A stretch of DNA of 64,000 nucleotides from a bacterium (GTDB lineage: Bacteria; Patescibacteriota; Patescibacteriia; UBA1558; S5-K13). The stretch is from the NCBI GenBank assembly GCA_035356975.1, contig DAORGW010000001.1:4951-68950 (forward strand). The letters are read 5' to 3'. The notes beneath the pieces are model-generated. The model searched no databases and was not told the origin of the DNA. It saw only the letters and a list, made by a program, of their open reading frames with translations. Of the stretch, positions 29,137 through 36,512 are shown piece after piece. Made by a program: the position numbers and the translations under genes. Position 1 is the stretch's first letter. Every line of letters starts with the position of its first letter.

Positions 29137-30123
29137 TTAAAGTTTAATGTGATTTTTTGTTAAAAGTCCAGATTGTGCACCAATGTTTGATACAACGCCT
29201 CCACTTCTAAGCATTGCTAGTTTTAAAGATTTTTTAATATCATTATTATAAATAATAAGTCCCGCGACAAAACTCGAATTAAATGCATCACCCGCTCCTG
29301 TTGTGTTTATTGATTTTTGTTTTGTGGCTTTTTCAAAATATATATTTTTTCCATCATAGACGTATGCGCCTAAATGTCCATAAGTTATAACACAGGTTTT
29401 TAGTCCCCACGAACACATTGTTTTTAATAATTTTTCTGCATTATCGGTTTTTATACCACTACTTTTTACTAAATCAATTGCTTCGGATTTATTTAAGCAA
29501 AAAATTTCTATATTTTTAAAATATTTTTTAAAAAATTTATAACCCAAGTTTAATTGTGGAACACCGGGATTCCAGGCTATTTTTATATTTTTATTTTTAG
29601 CAACTTCAAAAATTGTATTTATGTTTTTTGTAAATAAATTTTGTTTTCCACCAAGTGACGCAATATAAAACCATTTGGAATTTATGTTAGATAATTTTTG
29701 TTTTGAAATATTAAGTAGTGAATTTGCTCCACGATGTGTGAATAAAATGTGCTCATTATAATTTCCAAAATTTATAATAAAAGAAAATCCCGCATGAATT
29801 TTCTGTGATTTTGTAATATTTGATATGTCAATTTTTTTATTTTTAAGTTCTTTCATGATTGCATCAGAAAACCAGTCATCACCTAAATTTGTGAATATTG
29901 AAGTTTTGAGCTCTAAGTTTGAAAAACTTACAGCTGTATTCATACCACCACCTCCAAATGTCATATGAACATCATCCGAATTTATTTTTCCACCATATTC
30001 AAATGCTAAAAGTTCTGGTGCTAAAATATTTTTTTTATTCTTTATAATTATAGCTTCTTTTGTGTAGTACATTATATCTTGAGTTGCTCCACCAAAAGTT
30101 ACCATATCAAATTGTTTTTTCAT
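29137..30123 (-). CDS. PfkB family carbohydrate kinase
   Basis: GGGGMNTA, WNPG, NKSEA, NTTGAGDAF; start at 30123 (MKKQFD) or 30153. Confidence 0.9.
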   Translation of the reverse strand: MKKQFDMVTFGGATQDIMYYTKEAIIIKNKKNILAPELLAFEYGGKINSDDVHMTFGGGGMNTAVSFSNLELKTSIFTNLGDDWFSDAIMKELKNKKIDISNITKSQKIHAGFSFIINFGNYNEHILFTHRGANSLLNISKQKLSNINSKWFYIASLGGKQNLFTKNINTIFEVAKNKNIKIAWNPGVPQLNLGYKFFKKYFKNIEIFCLNKSEAIDLVKSSGIKTDNAEKLLKTMCSWGLKTCVITYGHLGAYVYDGKNIYFEKATKQKSINTTGAGDAFNSSFVAGLIIYNNDIKKSLKLAMLRSGGVVSNIGAQSGLLTKNHIKL

Positions 30124-30381
30124 AAAATAAATAAAATTAGTTTCTAAAACCATTATTATTATAGCACAATATTTTGATTGAGAAAAATTACAAAATATAA
30201 AAAAATAGCCAATAATTGACCATTTTTTATTTTATTATTTGCCTTTTTGTTGTGTGCCAATGCGTGGAGTTTTTATTAATACTAATTGTTTTATTTAAAA
30301 TTGTATTTATTTATTACCTACTCAATCACACCTCCCTCTGTATAATCAGAAAACAATGACTCATCTAGATCATATACTAAC

Positions 30382-30678
30382 TTATTCCAAATTATTGTCA
30401 TAATCTCCTATAGGAAGCCAACCAGTTCCTGTTGTCATTGCTGTTTTGAATTCAGAAACACTAGAATATCCATCTGGAATTGTTAAGTCATAACTATTAT
30501 CATCATTGAAATCTAGATCTGTAACTAGTTCATAGTTGCCATTTAATGTACTTCTTACATTATATAGATCTTGAATACTACTTATTGTAGTTGTTGCTGC
30601 TTTTGTGGTATTTATACTTATTATAAAGAATAAAAATACAACACAAAAGAAGATTAAATATTTGTTTAGTTTATTCAT
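30382..30678 (-). pseudogene. Truncated secreted surface-protein gene fragment (GLUG-associated N-terminus)
   Basis: Signal peptide, then ISSIQDL.NVR..LNGNYELVTDLD...GWLPIG, a motif that normally opens much longer proteins; the ORF stops after 98 aa. Confidence 0.6.
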
Positions 30679-30745
30679 AAAAATTAATATTATTATTTAA
30701 TAATATTATTATAACATAAATTACATGGGGGGGTAGATATTCCCC

Positions 30746-30776
30746 CAACCTCGCAGGTTGGCAACCTCGAAGGTTG
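30746..30776. repeat. Two tandem 15-bp palindromes
   Basis: CAACCTCGCAGGTTG-G-CAACCTCGAAGGTTG, preceded by a G7...C5 hairpin at 30727-30746. Confidence 0.7.
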
Positions 30777-30792
30777 AAAATATATAAATAAT

Positions 30793-30819
30793 AAAAACCG
30801 GGCCATAAACCCAGTTTTT
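30793..30819 (-). terminator. Intrinsic terminator after the 6S-like RNA
   Basis: Minus strand AAAAACTGGG-TTTATGG-CCCGGTTTTT. Confidence 0.7.
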
Positions 30820-30824
30820 GCAAT

Positions 30825-30956
30825 ATCTGAAAGTCCAGTGTGGAAAGACTCCAAACATTAATTTTGGGTTGAGTTCTGAGATTAGCACCATGGTGCTAAA
30901 ACTACCCGAGCTCCCAACGTTGTAGATGTAAAGTTCCAAATTCTGAACCATCAGAC
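30825..30956 (-). ncRNA. ssrS: Putative 6S RNA, compact (about 132 nt)
   Basis: Rod-like pairing GUCUGA/UCAGAU, GGUUCAG/CUGGACU, UGGAA/UUCCA; central bubble UUUACAUCUACAAC; UUGGG/CCCAA; apical UUAGCAC..GUGCUAA. Extended -10 TGATATAAT upstream and a terminator downstream. Confidence 0.65.
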
Positions 30957-30986
30957 AATTTAATTATATCATGAATGAAAATAATT

Positions 30987-31019
30987 AAAAAACGGGTTTC
31001 CTGCCCAGAAAACTCGTTT
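30987..31019 (-). terminator. Intrinsic terminator after ndk
   Basis: AAACGGGTTT...AAACTCGTTT hairpin with a minus-strand U-tract. Confidence 0.6.
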
Positions 31020-31040
31020 ACTATTTTATCAAAGATAAAA

Positions 31041-31634
31041 TTAATCTAAAATTCCATCAAGATTTACATCGTAAAGAATTTTTTCATTTAAGTGTGTGTA
31101 TTTTATAATCTCATAATCTTTAAACCAAACATTTATTTCTCTTTGTGCTTCTTCTACTTCATCGGAGCAATGAACTAAGTTTCTTACACATCTTGCATCA
31201 ATATTCGCTAGCTCATATGAATCAATTGTATAATCACTTCTTATTGTTCCAACGTCTGATGTAAGTGGTTCTGTGCCACCAACTAGTTTTTTAACAATTC
31301 CAATAGATTTGTTTCCCTCGAAAACCATTACTAATATTGGCCCAGCTGTTATAAAAGAAACATTTCCTTCTAACATATCTTTACCATATTCTAATTCCGT
31401 TTTTTCAATTGGTAGATTTTTATTTTTTCTATTTTCTACTGTTTTAGTGCCAACTTTTAAAAACCAAGCTTCATCTTTATTATAATGGGCTAGTGCTTGT
31501 TCTCTTGTTGCTACTGTAAATTTTGCTGCAACCATTTTTAGACCAGTTTTTTCAATTCTAGATATTATTTCACCCATTAGACTTCTTTGTATTGAGTCCG
31601 GCTTTAGAATAACTAATGTTCTTTCGTTTTTCAT
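31041..31634 (-). CDS. ndk: Nucleoside diphosphate kinase
   Basis: ERTLVILKPD, GTIRSD, RNLVHCSD (catalytic His). Confidence 0.95.
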   Translation of the reverse strand: MKNERTLVILKPDSIQRSLMGEIISRIEKTGLKMVAAKFTVATREQALAHYNKDEAWFLKVGTKTVENRKNKNLPIEKTELEYGKDMLEGNVSFITAGPILVMVFEGNKSIGIVKKLVGGTEPLTSDVGTIRSDYTIDSYELANIDARCVRNLVHCSDEVEEAQREINVWFKDYEIIKYTHLNEKILYDVNLDGILD

Positions 31635-31678
31635 GATTTTGTTTGGAGTTTGATCGAGTTAAACCCGATTAGCTCGTA

Positions 31679-32056
31679 TTATTTTAATATTTCTTTAACT
31701 TTATCAACAACTTGAGCTGGAGTAAGATTTGCTTTAACTAGATAATCTTTCGCACCCAACTCATTTCCTTTTTTAATATCTTCGTCTTGACCTAGATTTG
31801 TAAGCATTATAACTGGAATATTTTTGGTCTTTGCGTCTGATTTTAATTCTTTTAAAACCATAAACCCGTCCATTTCAGGCATTATTACATCAAGTAAAAT
31901 TATGTTTGGATTTTCTTTTTGCGCTAATTCTAAACCAGTTTTTCCATTTGATGCTTTCATTGGTTCAAATCCTTCTTTTTCAAATTTAGAAATATACATA
32001 TTTACCAACATTTCCTCGTCTTCCACTATTAAAACTTTAATTTTTTTATTTGTCAT
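31679..32056 (-). CDS. Stand-alone response regulator receiver (CheY-like)
   Basis: LIVEDE, LLDVIMPEMDG, MLTN, DYLVK. Confidence 0.92.
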   Translation of the reverse strand: MTNKKIKVLIVEDEEMLVNMYISKFEKEGFEPMKASNGKTGLELAQKENPNIILLDVIMPEMDGFMVLKELKSDAKTKNIPVIMLTNLGQDEDIKKGNELGAKDYLVKANLTPAQVVDKVKEILK

Positions 32057-32125
32057 AGCTTTTATTTTAACATTAAAAAATCCCATTAGAGATTGTTTTT
32101 ATTATATATTAATCAATTAAAAAGG

Positions 32126-32965
32126 TCAATTTTTATATTCTGTATAATAATTTTCTCCGTCTGATTTTATTATAATATTTCCCAGCTCATCATTTCTTAA
32201 AATTTTTGAGCCATTTTTTATAATTCTATCAAGTGCTTCTTTATGTGGATGTCCAAATTTATTATCAGATCCAGATTGAATTATTGTAATTTCTGGCTTT
32301 ATTGTATTTAATAAATTGTCACAATTTGAATATTTTGAGCCATGGTGAGATGCTTTAAAAATTTCTGATTTTAAATTCGTATTATCTTTTAAAATTATAT
32401 TTTCAATTTCACACGATGCATCTCCATTAAAAATAGCATCAAAATTTTTGTAAGTTAATTTTATTGAAACACTTGCATCATTTAAATTTTCTACTGTTTT
32501 TGTTTTTGGCATATAAATAATAGACAAATATAAATTTTCATCAATTTCATATCTGTCTCCTAGTTTTGGTTTTGTAATTTCTAAATTATAATCATTTATA
32601 ATTTTTTTCATATAATTATAATCAGATAAATTAACATCAATCCCTGAATAAATTATTTTTTGAGTTTTGTATTTTTTAATTATGGGAATTAGCCCATAAT
32701 AATGATCTTTATGTGGATGGGTAATAATTATTAAATCAATTTTATTATTTCTATAAGCTATGAATTTGTTTATTTTTTCTGGTAAATCTGAGTCGGGTCC
32801 ACCATCAATTAAAATATTTTTTCCGGTTTGAGTTTTTATTAAAATCGCGTCACCTTGACCAACATCAATGAAAATAATATTTAATAATTTGTCATTTTTT
32901 TCGTATGTATAATAAAATCCTAAAATCAAAACTATAATTATTATAAAAATTATTTTTTTAGTCAT
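32126..32965 (-). CDS. ComEC-associated metallo-beta-lactamase-fold nuclease
   Basis: DVGQGD, LIDGG, THPHKDH, GDA, HHGS, FGHPH. Confidence 0.9.
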   Translation of the reverse strand: MTKKIIFIIIIVLILGFYYTYEKNDKLLNIIFIDVGQGDAILIKTQTGKNILIDGGPDSDLPEKINKFIAYRNNKIDLIIITHPHKDHYYGLIPIIKKYKTQKIIYSGIDVNLSDYNYMKKIINDYNLEITKPKLGDRYEIDENLYLSIIYMPKTKTVENLNDASVSIKLTYKNFDAIFNGDASCEIENIILKDNTNLKSEIFKASHHGSKYSNCDNLLNTIKPEITIIQSGSDNKFGHPHKEALDRIIKNGSKILRNDELGNIIIKSDGENYYTEYKN

Positions 32966-34427
32966 ATTGTTTTTTAGATTTTTTAAAAACAAAATAAACA
33001 ATCACAACATATGAAAAAAACATAAAAAGCAATGAAAAATTATTTATCGAAATACTCGCAAAAGTTATTTTTGATAATTCATTTGCTGTTTTTATCATTA
33101 ATTGTAAATTTGCATAATTAAAAAATCCAATTATTTTGGCAAAATCTAAATTTATATAAGAAAAAACAACAGCAAAAAACGAAACCAACATATTAATTGA
33201 AATAAGTGGCAAAATTAAAAGATTTGATATAGGAGAAATAATTGATAATTGTTTGAATTGATAAATCAAAATTGGTGTGGTTGTAATTATTGCAGAAATA
33301 CTTGATGTAAGCGATGAGCGGATTTCAAGTGATTCTGGTAAAAATTCGAAATATTTTTCTATAAGTGGACTTATATAAATTAATCCATAAGTTGCAAAAA
33401 AACTAAGTTGAAATCCCACGTCATAGAAAATTGTATATGGGTTTATCATAGCAATTATAAATGTGCTGTATGATAAAAGTAGTGAATTTTTCATTATTTT
33501 TCCAATGTTTTGAGAAAACATAAGGATTATTGCCATAATTGCTGCTCTTATTGTCGAAGCACCGAGTCCTGATAAAAACACGAATCCAATTACAATAAAG
33601 CAAATTATTATAAATGATTTTTTTCTGTTTACCCCAGCTGATATAAGTAAATTTAAACAAACCAGGGAAATTATACTTACATGCATTCCAGAGACAACAA
33701 TTATGTGACTTATTCCAATTCTTTTGAAGTCGTTTTTTATTCCTTCTGACACGATATTTTTTCCAAATAATAATCCGTTTATAAAAGATGAATATGGCTC
33801 GGGCCAAATTGAATCAGAGTGGTCAAATAAATTTTTTCTAAGTTTATAAATTAAACCTATGATTTTGTTTCCATTGTTGTGTGATATAATCTCTATATTT
33901 CTCGATGAACAAATTGAATAAATGTTTTGTTTCATTAGGTATTTGTCATAAGAAAAGTTTTCAATTTTTTCGGGGCGCTTCAGCTCACAATCAAAGACTA
34001 TTTCATCCCCGTAATTATATTGTGGATATAAATCTGTTGTTACAAGTAGGTTTCCAGAGATTTCTTTGTTTTCCTCAATAATTGCCTTTGTTTCTATGGT
34101 TAATTTTTGATAATTGATTCTTTCATCTGGAAGCGCCCCCACAACGCCTTTTATTTTTAAAAATTTCCCAGTATAAAACCAGATTTTTGTGTTATCATTT
34201 CTTTCAATTTTTAAAACATTAGTTCTATAAAATCCAAGAATTAAAAAAATAAATATTAAAAAAATAATACTTATTTTAAATTTATTTAAAGTTACAAATA
34301 ATACAAAAAATAGTATTATTGCATATATAAGATAGTTTTTTTCAATTGAAATATTAGAAAAACATGAAATCGCGATTCCAATTAGAAATGTAATGCAGAG
34401 TATTATATTTTTTAATGTTTTGTTCAT
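32958..34427 (-). CDS. comEC: ComEC/Rec2 competence membrane protein
   Basis: GISHIIVVSGMHV, RAAIMA, INPY...DVGFQLSF.AT. Confidence 0.93.
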   Translation of the reverse strand: MNKTLKNIILCITFLIGIAISCFSNISIEKNYLIYAIILFFVLFVTLNKFKISIIFLIFIFLILGFYRTNVLKIERNDNTKIWFYTGKFLKIKGVVGALPDERINYQKLTIETKAIIEENKEISGNLLVTTDLYPQYNYGDEIVFDCELKRPEKIENFSYDKYLMKQNIYSICSSRNIEIISHNNGNKIIGLIYKLRKNLFDHSDSIWPEPYSSFINGLLFGKNIVSEGIKNDFKRIGISHIIVVSGMHVSIISLVCLNLLISAGVNRKKSFIIICFIVIGFVFLSGLGASTIRAAIMAIILMFSQNIGKIMKNSLLLSYSTFIIAMINPYTIFYDVGFQLSFFATYGLIYISPLIEKYFEFLPESLEIRSSLTSSISAIITTTPILIYQFKQLSIISPISNLLILPLISINMLVSFFAVVFSYINLDFAKIIGFFNYANLQLMIKTANELSKITFASISINNFSLLFMFFSYVVIVYFVFKKSKKQYD

Positions 34428-34430
34428 ATT

Positions 34431-34479
34431 TTAGGAATTAGGAACTGGGATTTAGGATTTGGGAACCGGGAATTGGGAT
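34431..34479 (+). repeat. Tandem heptamer array (YYRGGAW x7)
   Basis: TTAGGAA TTAGGAA CTGGGAT TTAGGAT TTGGGAA CCGGGAA TTGGGAT. Confidence 0.85.
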
Positions 34480-34486
34480 GCGCAAT

Positions 34487-34855
34487 TCATTTTGTTCTTA
34501 AAGAACTTATTAATTTATTTAGCATTTTATGAATTATCACTATCTTTTCTATTATTTCTTTTAACTTTTCTCGTGTTATATAATTTAAATCCATTGATAC
34601 AAAAACTTGACTTTGTAATTCTATTTAAAGAACCAAGTGCTATTCTATAAAAATATATCTTATCTCTGTGTGATATTCTTCCAAATCCTTCTCTTATGTT
34701 TGATATTATAGATCCGAAGATCTTCTCATTTGATTTTTTAATGAAAATAATTCATCTTTTGGAAAGTTTTTGGTTATTTTGTAAATTTCTAAAACTAAAA
34801 CTCTCCCATGTTTCCAAACATTGAAGTTTTCAAAATTCAAAAAATCGCCTTTCAT
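34487..34855 (-). pseudogene. Four-helix-bundle (23S rRNA intervening-sequence protein family) pseudogene with two compensating frameshifts
   Basis: Reconstructed: MKGDFLNFENFNVWKHGRVLVLEIYKITKNFPKDELFSLKNQMRRSS/SIISNIREGFGRISHRDKIYFYRIALGSLN/ELQSQVFVSMDLNYI...IHKMLNKLISSLRTK. Not in the ORF track. Confidence 0.85.
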
Positions 34856-34887
34856 ATTATTTAAAATTAGTTATTAACCCTATGCAT

Positions 34888-34908
34888 GTCCTGAGTCCTA
34901 AATCTCAA
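34888..34908 (-). repeat. Heptamer array inverted relative to 34431..34479
   Basis: Minus strand TTGAGAT TTAGGAC TCAGGAC. Confidence 0.6.
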
Positions 34909-34962
34909 TAAAAAAAGCCACCTGCTCGTATTCTACGCAAAGCGTTGTAAACGAGATTGGCG
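34909..34962 (-). terminator. Long hairpin with U-tract after prfB
   Basis: GCCA-CCTG-CTCGT...ACGC-AAA-GCGT...ACGAG-AT-TGGC preceded by an A-tract on the plus strand. Confidence 0.5.
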
Positions 34963-34996
34963 ACCTATTTGTATATTAGAACTATTATTTAAAAAG

Positions 34997-36046
34997 TCAA
35001 ATTTTATTTTTCAATACACTTTCAATAAAATTCAATATTTCTCCATCAAGTACTCTTTGAGTATCACTTGTTTCATATTTACTGCGTAAATCCTTTACCA
35101 TTTTGTATGGATGAAGAACATAAGATCTAATTTGATTTCCCCAGGCAGCTTGTTTTATTTCTCCCTTTATTTTTTTCTTTTCTTCGTCTGATTTTTCTTC
35201 GTAATATTTTGCAAGTTTAGATTTCAAATATTTCATTGCAGTTTCTTTGTTTTGTGATTGAGACCTTTGGTTTTGACATGTTACAACAATTCCAGTTGGA
35301 ATATGTGTGATTCTAACCGCAGAATCAGTTGTGTTTACATGTTGACCACCTGCGCCGGATGCTCGGTAAGTATCAATTTTTAAATCCTTTTCATTTATTT
35401 CTACTTCGATATCTTCAATTTCGGGAAAAACATTTACCATTGCAAATGAAGTGTGCCTAGCATTGTCAGCGTCAAATGGTGAAAGACGAACTAATCTGTG
35501 AACCCCATCCTCGGCTTTTAGATATCCATAAACATAATTACCTGTAATTTCTATTGTTATACTTTTATATCCAGCTTCTTCGCCTTTGTTTTCATCAATA
35601 ATTTGCGTATCCCAATTCATTTTTTCTGCGAACCTTAAATACATTCTAAGCAACACTTCTACCCAATCTTGGGATTCTGTGCCACCCGCTCCCGCAAAAA
35701 TATTTATAATTGCATTTTTGTCATCATATTTATCTCTAAAAAGTAATTTTATTTCAAATGATTTTAATTTTTTTTCTAAATCATAAATTTTTTGTATTTC
35801 AGTTTTTTCTGAGAGTTCATTAATTTCTTTTTCTAGTGAATTAATTGTTGTAATTTCACTTTCCAAAAATTTTAATTTTTGTGATAATTTTTTTGCATTT
35901 TCTTGATTAGTCCAAAAATTAGAATCAGACATTTTATTTTGAATTTCACTAATTTCTTTTTCATATTTTTTTAAATCAAAAAATGGTTTTAGTTTTTCGA
36001 AGCCAATTTGTAATTGTTTAATTTTGTCTTGCAATTCTTGATCCAT
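34997..36046 (-). CDS. prfB: Peptide chain release factor 2, uninterrupted frame
   Basis: GAGGTESQDW, RLVRLSPF (RF2 SPF), GAGGQHVN, WGNQIRSYV. Confidence 0.97.
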   Translation of the reverse strand: MDQELQDKIKQLQIGFEKLKPFFDLKKYEKEISEIQNKMSDSNFWTNQENAKKLSQKLKFLESEITTINSLEKEINELSEKTEIQKIYDLEKKLKSFEIKLLFRDKYDDKNAIINIFAGAGGTESQDWVEVLLRMYLRFAEKMNWDTQIIDENKGEEAGYKSITIEITGNYVYGYLKAEDGVHRLVRLSPFDADNARHTSFAMVNVFPEIEDIEVEINEKDLKIDTYRASGAGGQHVNTTDSAVRITHIPTGIVVTCQNQRSQSQNKETAMKYLKSKLAKYYEEKSDEEKKKIKGEIKQAAWGNQIRSYVLHPYKMVKDLRSKYETSDTQRVLDGEILNFIESVLKNKI

Positions 36047-36157
36047 TGATTTTTTGATTTAAAAGGGGTTATGATTAAATTATAAAGCATGTTTGTAATT
36101 TATCATAGATTTTTTTTGGTAGCAACTGAGTGGAGTCAATGCTCAGTAGGAGGAAAA

Positions 36158-36331
36158 ATGGGAGAAAACAGAAACAGAGACAGGAGGAACAACAAGAGAA
36201 AGCGCGAACAGAGAAAAGTGTTTGGTCACAGTTCAAATGAAACAAAGACCAATCAAGTGAGAATTCACAAACAGAAAAAACACAGACACAATAAGAGTGA
36301 TAAAAAATATCACCAAGGAGGCACACATTGA
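36158..36331 (+). CDS. Small highly basic orphan protein (57 aa)
   Basis: AGGAGG SD at 36148-36153, ATG 36158, R/K/H-rich sequence, terminator downstream. Confidence 0.55.
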   Translation: MGENRNRDRRNNKRKREQRKVFGHSSNETKTNQVRIHKQKKHRHNKSDKKYHQGGTH

Positions 36332-36352
36332 AGACTTATTTTAATCCCAACT

Positions 36353-36390
36353 AAAAAGGGTTTGCTATATTTAACAAAGCAGACCCTTTT
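36353..36390. terminator. Bidirectional intrinsic terminator
   Basis: AAAAAGGGTTTGCT...AGCAGACCCTTTT. Confidence 0.7.
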
Positions 36391-36512
36391 CATTTACCAT
36401 TTTCTATTTTCAATTTCCAATTGATTTACTATTTATAAATTTTTCAATTGTAAATAAATAATAAATAGCCAAATAGAAAATCAATTCAAAATAAAAAATA
36501 ATAAATTGAAAA
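36391..36512. repeat. Inverted AT-rich heptamer arrays (gene-less), second copy
   Basis: CATTTAC CATTTTC TATTTTC AATTTCC... then AAATAGC..AAATAGA AAATCAA..AAATAAT AAATTGA; related to 28444..28558. Confidence 0.55.

Noticed and set aside
30721-30951. 76-aa minus-strand ORF in the track
   Set aside because: It overlaps a promoter-RNA-terminator unit and palindromes, and the peptide has no protein-like features.
32126-34427. Split ComEC as a pseudogene
   Set aside because: Both parts have intact motifs, the second has its own N-terminal anchor, and separately encoded membrane and MBL domains are a common arrangement.
34459-34650. 63-aa plus-strand ORF
   Set aside because: It is the antisense of the four-helix-bundle pseudogene and heptamer array.
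34487-34855. Diversity-generating retroelement (Avd-like gene)
   Set aside because: No reverse transcriptase and no TR/VR pair were seen in the window.
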